Part shown: positions 10,057 to 19,889 of the stretch, piece by piece | Layout: each line of letters begins with the position of its first letter | How positions within the stretch are numbered: the first letter of the stretch is position 1 | Origin: an uncultured bacterium | GTDB taxonomy: Bacteria; Zixibacteria; MSB-5A5; CAIYYT01 | Direction: 5' to 3' | NCBI GenBank assembly: GCA_963726455.1 | Contig: CAVSCK010000003.1 | Coordinates: 128,001 to 192,000 of the forward strand | Length of the DNA: 64,000 nucleotides | Made by a program: the position numbers and the translations under genes | The notes under the pieces: model-generated | The model's database searches: none | Seen by the model: the letters and a program-made list of their open reading frames with translations, nothing else | What the model was told of the DNA's origin: nothing

Positions 10057-11082
10057 TTACTTCGCCGACCTGACAATGGGATATCCGTCAGACAGGAATC
10101 CTTGTCCCACAACAACCACTTCATCACCACTTTTGAGCCCGGACGCGATTTCGGCATCGATTCCGTTGTTTATCCCTACAATGACGGTACGAGAATACGC
10201 TGTGTCACTCCGAACGACATACAAGGACATTACGCCTTCATTGGATAGCAGCGCCGCCTGAGGCACCGCCAGCACATTGTTCTTGCTTTGTACAACAAAG
10301 GTGGCTTTGGCGAACGTTCCCGCCTGCAGGCGACGATCCGTATTGGGCACCGTGGCCTCGATACTAAACGTCCGCGTCTGCGGCTCAGCGGCATCCGAAA
10401 CTTTGGTGATGGTGCAGGTATAGACGCTGTCGTCGCCACTGACATGAACAGTGCCGGTCATGCCCTTTGCAAATCTATCTACGAGGTCAGTCGACACGCC
10501 GAAGGACATTCTGAGCTGATCGGTACGGGCAACACGCGCAGCCAACAAACCCATTTTGGGAATGTCGCCGACTTTCACGTCAAGTTCAACGAGAGTGCCG
10601 GTTATGGGCGAAGTGACACTAACCAACTCCTGGGCGGATTCGAAGTTCGCTTTGGCGACCTGAGTTCCGGCCTTGGCTTCATCAAAAGCCGATTCGCTGA
10701 TGGCTTTCTGCTCGAACAAGTATTGCATCTTCTTGTAGTTCTTGTCAGCATTATCATACATCGCCTTGGCCTGATAGTATTGCGATGACGCCCCTCCCTT
10801 ATCCAGTTCGATCAGTACCTGTCCCTTTTCGACGTGTTCCCCGACTCTGAACGGCAGCGCGACCACGGCTTCGGAAAGGCGAATGTAGAGGTCTGCCTGC
10901 TCGATGCCTTCGAGTCCTCCGGAGTACTCACGCGTAACGTCGATCGTTCCGGGTGAGACGCTCATGGTCTTGACCGGGATGATCGGCAATGGTGTCGTGG
11001 TATTGGCGTCATCTTTGGCGCAGGAAAGTGGCAAGAAGGCCACCGTCGCGACGAGAAATGCATATATGATCTTTCGAGACAT
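10057..11082 (-). CDS. RND efflux periplasmic adaptor (MFP) lipoprotein
   Basis: Lipobox LPLSC, lipoyl-like VEKGQVLIELD, SPITG and GLKSGDEVVVVG. Sits between tolC and the RND gene. Confidence 0.92.
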   Translation of the reverse strand: MSRKIIYAFLVATVAFLPLSCAKDDANTTTPLPIIPVKTMSVSPGTIDVTREYSGGLEGIEQADLYIRLSEAVVALPFRVGEHVEKGQVLIELDKGGASSQYYQAKAMYDNADKNYKKMQYLFEQKAISESAFDEAKAGTQVAKANFESAQELVSVTSPITGTLVELDVKVGDIPKMGLLAARVARTDQLRMSFGVSTDLVDRFAKGMTGTVHVSGDDSVYTCTITKVSDAAEPQTRTFSIEATVPNTDRRLQAGTFAKATFVVQSKNNVLAVPQAALLSNEGVMSLYVVRSDTAYSRTVIVGINNGIDAEIASGLKSGDEVVVVGQGFLSDGYPIVRSAK

Positions 11083-12483
11083 CTATCGCTCCTTTAATTC
11101 CTCGATATTGTTTACACCGGTAACGCGCAAGAGATTGAAGACCGCATCGGCAGCATCGTGTGTTGCCTGAACGTAATTCGTTTTGGCCTGTGTCAGCGCG
11201 GCTTCAGCGGAGAGTATTTCCAACTGCGTGCCCACGCCATTTTGATATCGTAATTGCGCTATCTTCAGCCCGTCTTGCGCCTGCTCGATGGTCTTTTGTC
11301 CTGCCTTCAGACGCCCGCCCGTTTCCTGGTAGGTGAAAAAGGCCTGTCTGACGTCGAGTGCGACTTGTTCTCTGAATTGGTCGTAGGAAAGCTCAGCACT
11401 GCTGGCATCAACCTGCGCCTGCCTGATGGCGGCGGTTGTGGTAAATCCGTCGAAGATCGGGATACTGAAATTCAACGTTGCCGTCCAACTGGGCGTCCAG
11501 TCACGGCCGTTAGTCAGCCGGAAGCCAGAATCATTTCCCTGCAACTGCCAGCCATATTGCGACTGGAGAATCAGATTGAAACTTCTGCCGGATTTGGCAA
11601 TCCCGATGGCACGGCGGGTTATTTCCTTGAAATGCTCCTGCTGCTGCAGCGCCGGGCGATGATCGGTGGCCAGCTTTTGCAGGTAGTCAATGTTCAGTGG
11701 CGATCCGACGACGGTAGAATCAAATGCATATTGCAGACTGAGTGAATCAGCCAATTTGACACCGATCAAATTCTTGAGAGCGTCCAGAGAAGTTGCCGCA
11801 CGATTTTGAGATTGAGTCAATTGCGGCCTGAGGTTTGCGACTTCTACCTGAGCTCGCAACAATTCGTATTCGGAGACGACTCCTTGCGAATACATCTTAT
11901 TGACCATGTCCAGGTTCAGTTCGGCGGCCGCCAGCGCGTCCTGGAAGACTTTAACAAAATCGTGAGCCAGAATGGCTCCGAGGAAGGCGCTACGGACTCC
12001 ATAGGTTACCTGCGACTGCGTTTCATTAACCATGTCTTCGGTGTAGGACCTGTATATCTTCGCGATTTTCAGCGCCGTAAAGACTTTTCCGCCCAGCCAG
12101 ATCGGCTGCGTAAACGTGAGTCCCACATTCAATTGATTGTCGGTTCCGAATTGGTAGGACTGGCCGGCGATCGTGAAGGTCGGGATTTTGAGGTTGCGAG
12201 TGTACGAAGATCCAAAACCAAGCGACGGCAATGCTCCTGCCGTAGCCGATTGTATCTGCGCGTCGGCTCTGGTCAACTGCTCACGGGCTATCAGATAGGT
12301 CTGGTTGTTCTTGAGGGCCAGAGCGACGGCATTATCGATTGTCAGATCCTCTGCGGCAGCTCGCGGTGTACTGAAAGAGAGAATCAATAGGACAGCACCG
12401 AGCAAGAGCCGGCGCAACACTCGAAAAGGTGCGGCCGAACTCCGGCGCACCCGATGAAAAATCATTATATCGGGGTTTATCAC
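11083..12483 (-). CDS. TolC-family outer membrane efflux protein
   Basis: ALKNN, QPIWLGG, IPIFDG and RYQNGVGTQLEIL outer-membrane-efflux repeats. The start may lie further downstream. Confidence 0.92.
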   Translation of the reverse strand: MINPDIMIFHRVRRSSAAPFRVLRRLLLGAVLLILSFSTPRAAAEDLTIDNAVALALKNNQTYLIAREQLTRADAQIQSATAGALPSLGFGSSYTRNLKIPTFTIAGQSYQFGTDNQLNVGLTFTQPIWLGGKVFTALKIAKIYRSYTEDMVNETQSQVTYGVRSAFLGAILAHDFVKVFQDALAAAELNLDMVNKMYSQGVVSEYELLRAQVEVANLRPQLTQSQNRAATSLDALKNLIGVKLADSLSLQYAFDSTVVGSPLNIDYLQKLATDHRPALQQQEHFKEITRRAIGIAKSGRSFNLILQSQYGWQLQGNDSGFRLTNGRDWTPSWTATLNFSIPIFDGFTTTAAIRQAQVDASSAELSYDQFREQVALDVRQAFFTYQETGGRLKAGQKTIEQAQDGLKIAQLRYQNGVGTQLEILSAEAALTQAKTNYVQATHDAADAVFNLLRVTGVNNIEELKER

Positions 12484-13088
12484 TTGTTAATTCCTCTCAG
12501 GAAAATATCGACAGCACTACGAATGTCTTTCCGACGAGTATCTCTCTTCCCGTGCAAGCATTTTTCAACAATCAGGGCCGCCATTGCCATGAGACTGTGA
12601 GCGGCAAATTGAGGATCAACTTTCTTGAAGAATCCCGCCGAAATCCCGGCTTTGATTCCATCGACCAGGTACTCCTCACAGCATTGATGTCCTCGAAACG
12701 TGGCATCACTTACATCCGGACGTTCGTGCGGATGCTCCAACATCAGGAGCCGCCAATATTTGGGGTTTTCGACGAAAAAGTCAACGTGAAGTTTCAACCC
12801 AACCGCAACCGTATCGTCGAAAGACCTCTGGAGTGTGCAGAGCTGCTGCATCCTCTCTTGTAGTTGATCGAAACCGCGATCGATGACGGCGACAAACAAA
12901 TGGCGCTTGGATGGAAACTGACGATAAATTGTCCCCTTTCCAATCCCGGCTTGGCGAGCAATGTCATCGACGTCGGCGATTTCGTAGCCGTGACGCGCGA
13001 ATATCTCGAGGGCGGCATCCAAAATCATCTCGCGACGTTCTTCGCGCGGGAGGACTTTCCGCTTGTGTAAGTCTTGACGTCTGGTCAT
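12480..13088 (-). CDS. TetR/AcrR-family transcriptional regulator
   Basis: HTH ILDAALEIFARHGY...IARQAGIGKGTIYRQFPSK. Confidence 0.93.
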   Translation of the reverse strand: MTRRQDLHKRKVLPREERREMILDAALEIFARHGYEIADVDDIARQAGIGKGTIYRQFPSKRHLFVAVIDRGFDQLQERMQQLCTLQRSFDDTVAVGLKLHVDFFVENPKYWRLLMLEHPHERPDVSDATFRGHQCCEEYLVDGIKAGISAGFFKKVDPQFAAHSLMAMAALIVEKCLHGKRDTRRKDIRSAVDIFLRGINK

Positions 13089-13103
13089 ATATTATTGCAT
13101 TAG

Positions 13104-13121
13104 ACGGACTGGTCAGTCCGT
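13104..13121. promoter_or_regulatory. Candidate TetR operator (palindrome ACGGACTG-GT-CAGTCCGT)
   Basis: Perfect 8-bp inverted repeat with a 2-nt spacer, 15 nt upstream of the tetR ATG. Confidence 0.75.
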
Positions 13122-13171
13122 TTGTTTCCGATTTTTCGAGACTTCATGGTCTTTTTGTCCCGAATCACGTC

Positions 13172-14182
13172 TTAAGTGGGACAGCCGGTCCCTTTGGACT
13201 CACGGACCGTTTCGTCGCGCAATTTCTTGAATGTTATATGGTTAGTGAATAAGAAGTAAATGCCAAACGCAAAAACCGGGGCAACATCCATGAAGTGAAG
13301 AGCGATGCTAAATGCCGCAGCTTCGGCATGGGGAACATTAAACAACGACAGTGCCCAGATCACGGCAAGTTGGAATGAGCCCAGATTGCCAGGTGAAACC
13401 GGAATCAACAACAGAAACGAATTAATGATTACGATCACGATTCCCGCCCAGAACGGTACCTTGAGGTCAAATGCTTGAATCAACAGTATCGAAATGGCGA
13501 TGTGGAAGATCCAGACGAGAATCGAATAGAAGCCGACACTGACAACACCACGGCTGCTACGCATTGAAGCGATACCATGTGACATTGAAGATGTCCACTT
13601 CTCAAGGCGTATGTATAGCAGGGGAAATCTGCGGCGAATCGTCTTCTTGCCAAAATATGCCAGCCCGCGCTCATATCGCATGAGCAGTATCAGCACCAGC
13701 AAAGATGCGCCGACCACCATCGCGGCGTAGACTTCCGCTTCCCTAACCCAACTGGGAAAGGCAAACATGAAGGAAGCGACGTAAACGAGCAAGACCAGGG
13801 TAATACTGTCGAAGAGCACTTCCATGGCGACTGTGGTAAAACAGAAGGTTTTGGACAGCCCTTCCTGCTTTGCCAGCATGACGATGCGTCCGGCCTGCCC
13901 GGTCAACACCGGTAGCGACAAGTTGATCATTTGCCCGACATGGAAAAGCGCGAAGACGCGTGTCTTCGAGATGACTTTGACATCGCGAATGAGCGCGCGC
14001 CAGCGCATACCTTTGGCCCAATTCATTAGAATCGAGCTGCCGACTGCACCGAGAAAGTAGAGCGGATTGATCCTGGTGAGCGTGCGCCAGAGTTCGTGGA
14101 CGTCGACTTTGTAGAAGCTGGCAAAGAGCAGGCCGATAGCCACCAGGACGCCGATAAGCTTTTTCCAGTCGAAGATCTTCAC
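13172..14182 (-). CDS. Lysylphosphatidylglycerol synthase TM-region / flippase-like membrane protein (UPF0104/AglD2-like)
   Basis: Multi-TM protein with RW motif, GQMINLSLP and IPVSPGNLGSFQ. Confidence 0.82.
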   Translation of the reverse strand: MKIFDWKKLIGVLVAIGLLFASFYKVDVHELWRTLTRINPLYFLGAVGSSILMNWAKGMRWRALIRDVKVISKTRVFALFHVGQMINLSLPVLTGQAGRIVMLAKQEGLSKTFCFTTVAMEVLFDSITLVLLVYVASFMFAFPSWVREAEVYAAMVVGASLLVLILLMRYERGLAYFGKKTIRRRFPLLYIRLEKWTSSMSHGIASMRSSRGVVSVGFYSILVWIFHIAISILLIQAFDLKVPFWAGIVIVIINSFLLLIPVSPGNLGSFQLAVIWALSLFNVPHAEAAAFSIALHFMDVAPVFAFGIYFLFTNHITFKKLRDETVRESKGTGCPT

Positions 14183-14217
14183 TTGCCCAATCTAGTCCGT
14201 TTTTTCAAGTGCGGCAA

Positions 14218-14246
14218 AACATACTAACCGCCACTGTGACTGTCAA
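14218..14246 (-). promoter_or_regulatory. Sigma70-type promoter TTGACA-N17-TATGTT
   Basis: Consensus -35 and 17-nt spacing, 35 nt upstream of the GTG at 14182. Confidence 0.7.
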
Positions 14247-14304
14247 CGATTTACTATTTTCGTGGCGGAATATGTCGACCGGAGGGCCGCAGATAGAGGC
14301 ACAC

Positions 14305-15048
14305 TCAGATTTTTTCGACGGCGGAGATCTTAACCCAACCTTTTAGCTTATTTGCGAAAAGACCGAGGTAGTAATCCTGTTTCTGATCGAGGATGTCGAA
14401 CGTAAGTCCTTCGTGTCCCTCAAACTGAAGTTCAAAATCGCTGCCGGGGCCCGAGAGGATTTCGGTTTGTTCAACGACAATCACGCCTTCGTCCACGAGA
14501 TAATTGGATTTCAGAACCCAGACCATCACGCCGAACGACAGCAGAGTGACCAGACCGAGTATCACCACCGGTGAATTTCCGATTCGCGCCAGAACTCCGA
14601 GGCGCTTGAGAGCGAGAAAAGCGAGCAACAGCAGGAAGGATACAAATGAGATCAGAAAATATTGATTAGGGTGCAGCGTGGCGAGGCCGTTTTCGACCTT
14701 CGTAGAGAACGGGTCAACTTGTGTGGCGTCGACTTTATCGACGCAGAATTGTTTGACAAAGGCAAGATTCGTGCGAATATCGCCGTCATCCGGGCTCATC
14801 CGTTCGGCACGGCGGAAGTTGGCGATCGCTTTGCCGATATGTCCGGCCTTGTAGTATGCGCATCCGGCATTGTAGTATACCGGCACGGAAGCGAATCCCT
14901 GGTCAATGATCTGCTCGAATTTCTGCGATGCTCCGGTGAAATCGCCCTGATCATAAAGATGAACACCCTCCTGAAAATCCTCAGTTGCCCCTGCAAACAA
15001 AATTGCAGGCAGAAGTAGAATAACAAACAGCGCCAGCAATTTCTTCAT
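14305..15048 (-). CDS. batE: BatE-like TPR + TM + SH3 protein
   Basis: Signal peptide MKKLLALF (ATG overlaps batD TGA), TPR YYNAGCAYYKAG, two TM segments and C-terminal SH3-like HEGL...GWV. Confidence 0.85.
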   Translation of the reverse strand: MKKLLALFVILLLPAILFAGATEDFQEGVHLYDQGDFTGASQKFEQIIDQGFASVPVYYNAGCAYYKAGHIGKAIANFRRAERMSPDDGDIRTNLAFVKQFCVDKVDATQVDPFSTKVENGLATLHPNQYFLISFVSFLLLLAFLALKRLGVLARIGNSPVVILGLVTLLSFGVMVWVLKSNYLVDEGVIVVEQTEILSGPGSDFELQFEGHEGLTFDILDQKQDYYLGLFANKLKGWVKISAVEKI

Positions 15049-16868
15049 CAACGGGTTTTCTCCAACTCCACGATCAGCTTTTTCGCCTCTTCCCATAACT
15101 GCGTCATCTGGCCCTTTTCCTTGCCGCCCGGGGCAAAGCGCCCAAAATCGCACTGCTGCAACAGATCGACAAGCTGGGCAATCAAGGCGTCACTCTGCTT
15201 GCCGGCCGCAAATTCCTTGATTTTGTCGAGGGTCAGACCGTACGCGGGGAGATTATATCTATCGGCGAAATAGTCGATCAACGAATGACTTATCTCGGCA
15301 TAATAGGCGTCAGGGTCGCCGCCTTCGATAAGAGCTTTGGCCTTGGCAAGCCGGGTTTCGGCCATTTTGCGTGCCTGGCGCAGGCGGCGGAAACCGACGT
15401 CACTCTGCAAACGCTCTTTGTGGCGCTGACGCGTCAGAACGACGACGTAGCCGATCACCGGTAGCAGGTACATTGCGAGCAAGAACAGCGGACTCGCAGA
15501 GATGGGCTCCGCCCGGCGCGAACGCAACTCGCCGATGTCCGATTTCAAGTAGCGAATATCCTTGGCGGCGAGATCGATGCGGTTCGTCTGCAAATTCTGA
15601 ACCTGGGATGCGAAGCGATCCTTGGATGGCGCCACCTCGATCTGAATCGGATCAGAAGCCAACGTCTTGTATGTCCGCGCTTGCGGATCAAAGAAGGAAA
15701 AATTCAAAGCCGGAAGCTGATAGTTGCCGGCGCGTTTCGGAATAAACGCCTGATCGAAGGTCTTGGTGCCGCCGACCTGATAATTCACTTTTTCGATCTT
15801 CTCGTTGTCGCCGGCTTGATAGGTGCGGAAATCAGGCAGTTCCGGAACCTTGGGTATATCGACGCTCTTGATGTTACCGATACCGGTGACCTTGATATGC
15901 ATAGTTACCGGCTCGTTCACTTCGATCTTGTTTTTGTCAACTGTGACGGACATCTGATATTGCCCCACCGCTCCTCCGAAGTCGGCCGGCTTTCCTATCT
16001 CCGGCAATGGCAAGGTGATGATTTTGATCGGGTCGGAAGACAGCGTCAGGCGTTTGCCGCCGCCGAAGAAATTAGGCCAATTGCGATCGAATACGGAGAA
16101 TGGGTCCCTGGAACTTCCGTCGTCGACGACCACTCCCATCTGAGAGGCGCCAATCGTCTGCGTCCCGGGAGATGTAGGAAACATCGCGGTCTTGGATTCC
16201 ATGATGTTGTAATCTTTGCCGCCATAGGTCTCCTGACCGGTCCGCCACTGTCCAAGGTCTTCCGACCAAAATCCGGTGCGTTGCGGCGCCTGATAGTCGG
16301 GGTTGTTGAGCAACTGCACGCGCCAGTACAACTTCATCGAGAGCGTGACCTGCTGATTGACATAGACGGTGTCTTTGTCGACTGTCGCGCGGAGCAGCAA
16401 GTCATCTTCGCTAAGCGCTCCCCGCTGGCGACTTGGCTGACGGCTGCGGTTTTGCGGCGCCTGGCGTGACTGCGGTGGCATCGCCACCGGATTGACGGTC
16501 ACGGAGATTTGCTGCGTCTTGTAATTGACGCCTCCGATTGCCAGCGCAAACGGCGGAATCATGAGACGGCCAGTGCGCGAGGGAACGAGCGTAAAGTTGT
16601 ATTGCTTTGACTGCGTCGTCTTGCCGTTGATCCAGGCAACACTCGACGACGTTCCAGAAGTGTATACCTGCCAATCGGGAAGCTGACTGATGTCCAGGGC
16701 AGGAATCTTCGATGCCTCGCCCTTAATCTCAATCGTGAGTTGGACCGTCTCACCCTCGGAAATTTCATTGCGATCGACATACGCATTGACCGTGGTCTGA
16801 GCCAGGGAGGGCAATGACATTCCCAACACCAGGAGCGCCCCCAGAATCATCACAGCCAAATTTTTCAT
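15048..16868 (-). CDS. batD: BatD protein (Ig-like repeats, C-terminal TM)
   Basis: VDRNEI..GE, P..FGGAVGQY, GIGNI and FSFFDP motifs. Position in the bat operon. Confidence 0.88.
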   Translation of the reverse strand: MKNLAVMILGALLVLGMSLPSLAQTTVNAYVDRNEISEGETVQLTIEIKGEASKIPALDISQLPDWQVYTSGTSSSVAWINGKTTQSKQYNFTLVPSRTGRLMIPPFALAIGGVNYKTQQISVTVNPVAMPPQSRQAPQNRSRQPSRQRGALSEDDLLLRATVDKDTVYVNQQVTLSMKLYWRVQLLNNPDYQAPQRTGFWSEDLGQWRTGQETYGGKDYNIMESKTAMFPTSPGTQTIGASQMGVVVDDGSSRDPFSVFDRNWPNFFGGGKRLTLSSDPIKIITLPLPEIGKPADFGGAVGQYQMSVTVDKNKIEVNEPVTMHIKVTGIGNIKSVDIPKVPELPDFRTYQAGDNEKIEKVNYQVGGTKTFDQAFIPKRAGNYQLPALNFSFFDPQARTYKTLASDPIQIEVAPSKDRFASQVQNLQTNRIDLAAKDIRYLKSDIGELRSRRAEPISASPLFLLAMYLLPVIGYVVVLTRQRHKERLQSDVGFRRLRQARKMAETRLAKAKALIEGGDPDAYYAEISHSLIDYFADRYNLPAYGLTLDKIKEFAAGKQSDALIAQLVDLLQQCDFGRFAPGGKEKGQMTQLWEEAKKLIVELEKTR

Positions 16869-16876
16869 GATCGCGT

Positions 16877-17836
16877 CTACCAATCCTTGTCAGTCCGCGG
16901 TTGAGTGCCAAACTGAACTTTATAGCGCCCCATTTGTTTCTGCAAATTCTTTTCGTCGCCGGAAAGTGAATTCAGAATCCGATCGGCGTCCTGCTTACTC
17001 ATTTTCTGCTGCTGGCCTTTGGCGCGCTGCTGTTGTTGTTGCTGTTGCTGATCCTGGCCGCCATTTTGTTGATCCTGTTGTTCCTGCTGTTGTTGATCCT
17101 CGCCCTGCTGCTCCTGCTGTTGATTCTGCTGGTCTTGCTTATCTTGATTGCCTTGCTGTCCCTGCTGCTGTTGTTCCTGCTGTTGCTGCTGTTGTTGCTG
17201 ATCTTGTTGCTGCTGCTGAGACTGCTGATCTTGTTGATTCTGCTGCTGTTGTTGCTGCTGCTGTTGCTGATCCTGATTCTGCTGGTCTTGCTGCTGTTGT
17301 TCTTGTTTGTCCTGCTGTTGCTGCTGCTTCTGGTCCTGCTGTTGATTCTTTTGTTGCGCCTGTTCTTTCAGCTTAACACGCGCCAGCTCGAGATTGTACT
17401 TGGCGTCGGCATCGTCAGCATTGATTTCGAGACACTTCTTGTATGAGTTGATTGCCTCCGCATACTTCTTCGCGCGGAAAAGAGCGTTGCCGGAATTATA
17501 ATACGCATCGGCTTGAAACTGGGGATCCGTATTGTTCAACGCCCGCAGATAGCGCTGGGCAGCTTCCGGGTATTTGCTCTGATTGAAAAGCACAGAGCCA
17601 ATGTCGTAATCGAGCACAGGCTGCTGAGGTTTCTCAACTTCAGCATCGCGGTAGGATTTCAACGCATCATCCATCTTGCCGTCGGTGAAGGCCTTGTTTC
17701 CTTGCGTAGTCAGTTTGCGATAATCAGCGCGGGCACTCGAAGTCGATATCACCATAAGTGCAGCCGCAAGCACTAATGCGAGGCAGGACGTGAATCTACC
17801 CGGTGCGGGTTCGTGACAAGGTTCAGACTGTTTCAT
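16877..17836 (-). CDS. batC: BatC TPR protein with poly-Gln linker
   Basis: TPRs, AKYNLELA, long Q-rich tract, MSKQDADRIL and terminal KDW. Confidence 0.88.
   Translation of the reverse strand: MKQSEPCHEPAPGRFTSCLALVLAAALMVISTSSARADYRKLTTQGNKAFTDGKMDDALKSYRDAEVEKPQQPVLDYDIGSVLFNQSKYPEAAQRYLRALNNTDPQFQADAYYNSGNALFRAKKYAEAINSYKKCLEINADDADAKYNLELARVKLKEQAQQKNQQQDQKQQQQQDKQEQQQQDQQNQDQQQQQQQQQQNQQDQQSQQQQQDQQQQQQQQEQQQQGQQGNQDKQDQQNQQQEQQGEDQQQQEQQDQQNGGQDQQQQQQQQRAKGQQQKMSKQDADRILNSLSGDEKNLQKQMGRYKVQFGTQPRTDKDW
17030..17365 (-). repeat. Low-complexity CAG/CAA (poly-Gln) tract inside batC
   Basis: Runs of ctg/ttg on the + strand encoding ~110 aa of Q/D/N/E. Boundaries are approximate. Confidence 0.9.
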
Positions 17837-18857
17837 CGGAATTCGACTCCTTGCGGCGCGATCTTCTTTCCGAGATCAATACCTCAGCACCCAAAAATAT
17901 TACGGCAAAAGGAAGCAAGTATTGATAGCGATCTTCATACTGCGTCATCATCATACCCTTCTGTTCCTTCTTATCCATCGAGTTGATGTCTTCGTAGATC
18001 TGGTCAAGCGCGATTTCGCCCGCAGACGCGTGATAGTATCGGCCATCCGTTTCCGCGGCAATGTCCTGCAGCGACTGTTCATCCAGACGCGTCAGCACGA
18101 GTTCTCCGCGTTCGTCTTTCTTGTAGCCGATCATGTCGCCGCGGTCGTTGCGGAGCGGGATCGGTTCACCCTCCGGCCTGCCGATACCGATGGTATAAAT
18201 CTTGACTCCCTGAATCTTGGCGTCTCTGACAGCGCTCTTGATGTTGCCGCCGAAGTCCTCGCCGTCCGTAATGATGATCATGACCTTATTCTTGCGTTCC
18301 TTCTGATCGAAATTGCCGGTCGCTGTCTGGACAGCCGAACCGATGTTCGTTCCGGGAGCCGGAATCAGATCGACATCCAGCACATCGACAAACATCTGTG
18401 CCGCCGAATAATCGAGAGTCAGAGGACACTCGGTGAAAGCGGCTCCGGAGAATGCGACCAGCCCGACGCGATCCCCCTTCATGCGCGAAATCAATCCGCG
18501 CACCTCCTGCTTGGCTTTTTCCAACCGGTTGGGTTTCATATCCTCGGCCAACATTGACTTGGAGCAGTCCACGACAATCATGACGTCCTGCCCTTCCCTC
18601 TTGAGCATGACCATGTGTGTCCCATACTGCGGCCGTCCCAGCGCCAGTACCAGAAATATCAGCGCGAGAAACAGCAGAACGAATTTATAGCGCCGCTTGA
18701 TCGGCGAAAAATTGGCGGTCAATCCAGCGATGAGCCGTTTGTCGGCAAACAACTCCAGCAGCCGTCGCTTCTTGCGCGCGCTCCAGAGAAAGAAGAGCCC
18801 CACGAGCGCGATTGCCAAAAGCCCGAAATAGAGATTTTCCGGAGTGGCGAATCTCAT
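17823..18857 (-). CDS. batB: BatB vWA-domain protein
   Basis: ALGRPQYG, MIDAS DCSKSM, PNRLEKAK, PLTLDY and ITDGED motifs. Confidence 0.9.
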   Translation of the reverse strand: MRFATPENLYFGLLAIALVGLFFLWSARKKRRLLELFADKRLIAGLTANFSPIKRRYKFVLLFLALIFLVLALGRPQYGTHMVMLKREGQDVMIVVDCSKSMLAEDMKPNRLEKAKQEVRGLISRMKGDRVGLVAFSGAAFTECPLTLDYSAAQMFVDVLDVDLIPAPGTNIGSAVQTATGNFDQKERKNKVMIIITDGEDFGGNIKSAVRDAKIQGVKIYTIGIGRPEGEPIPLRNDRGDMIGYKKDERGELVLTRLDEQSLQDIAAETDGRYYHASAGEIALDQIYEDINSMDKKEQKGMMMTQYEDRYQYLLPFAVIFLGAEVLISERRSRRKESNSDETV

Positions 18858-18902
18858 TATGTCTCCTCAATCATTGTACACCCGAAACATCCCGATTATT
18901 CC

Positions 18903-19889
18903 TTACGGCAAACGCCGCCAAACGGTTTCCCTCAACAGCAATTCCAGCAGCAATCCCAAAGCGCCAATCATCAATAGATAGGGGAAGAATTCGTTGTATT
19001 GCAGATACTCTTTTACCTTGATTTTGGTCTTCTCCAAATCGGATATCTGGTCATAGATATTCTTCAGCATGTCCGCTGATTTGGCGCGGAAATATTTGCC
19101 GCCGGTGATATCAGCAATCTGCTTAAGTTGGTTTTCATCCAGTTCATTATTAATGAAGATATAGCGCTTGCCAAAGATCGGATCTTCGATGGGATACGGC
19201 GCCTGTCCGAGCTTTCCTACGCCTACTGTATAGACGCGTATTCCCAGCGCCTTGGCGATGTCGGCTGCCGTTTGCGGATCGATTTCGCCGGCGTTGTTGA
19301 TGCCGTCGGTCAGCAGAATGATGATGCGGGATTTTGCCTTGGAATCGCGCAGGCGATTTACAGCATTGGCGATGCCCATACCGATAGCCGTACCGTCTTC
19401 AACCATCCCGAAATCGACTTGATCGACGAATGTAAGCAATACACCATAGTCAAGCGTGAGCGGACACTGCGTAAATGCCTGCCGCGCGAAAACGACCAGC
19501 CCAATGCGGTCGTTCTGCCTGCCCTTGACGAAGTCCTTGATAACTTCTTTGGCGACGAAAAGGCGATTTTGCGGTTTGAAATCCTCGGACTTCATACTAG
19601 TCGAGATATCAAGCGCCAGCATGATGTCGATTCCCTCGGAGGTGACTTCCGTAGTCTTTTTGCCTGACTGTGGCCGCGCCAGTGCCAATATGAAGAATGA
19701 CAGCGCCAACAACCGCAAGATCGGCAGGATTCGGCGGCGCTTGGCACGCGGAGATGCCTGTGCGCCACGCAGCAACGTGATGTCAGAGAATTTGATCGCA
19801 GCTTCCCGCCTTCTGCGAAACGCGAAGAAGCCGAGCACCGGTATCAGCAGCAACAGCCAGAGATAGATCGGACTGGCAAACTGAAACAT
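18903..19889 (-). CDS. batA: BatA vWA-domain protein
   Basis: MFQFASP, LALARPQ, DISTSM, GTAIG and LLTDGINNAG motifs. Confidence 0.92.
   Translation of the reverse strand: MFQFASPIYLWLLLLIPVLGFFAFRRRREAAIKFSDITLLRGAQASPRAKRRRILPILRLLALSFFILALARPQSGKKTTEVTSEGIDIMLALDISTSMKSEDFKPQNRLFVAKEVIKDFVKGRQNDRIGLVVFARQAFTQCPLTLDYGVLLTFVDQVDFGMVEDGTAIGMGIANAVNRLRDSKAKSRIIILLTDGINNAGEIDPQTAADIAKALGIRVYTVGVGKLGQAPYPIEDPIFGKRYIFINNELDENQLKQIADITGGKYFRAKSADMLKNIYDQISDLEKTKIKVKEYLQYNEFFPYLLMIGALGLLLELLLRETVWRRLP

Noticed and set aside
17033-17446. Poly-Leu ORF (and overlapping Ala/Val-rich ORF) on the + strand
   Set aside because: These are antisense shadows of the batC poly-Gln tract.
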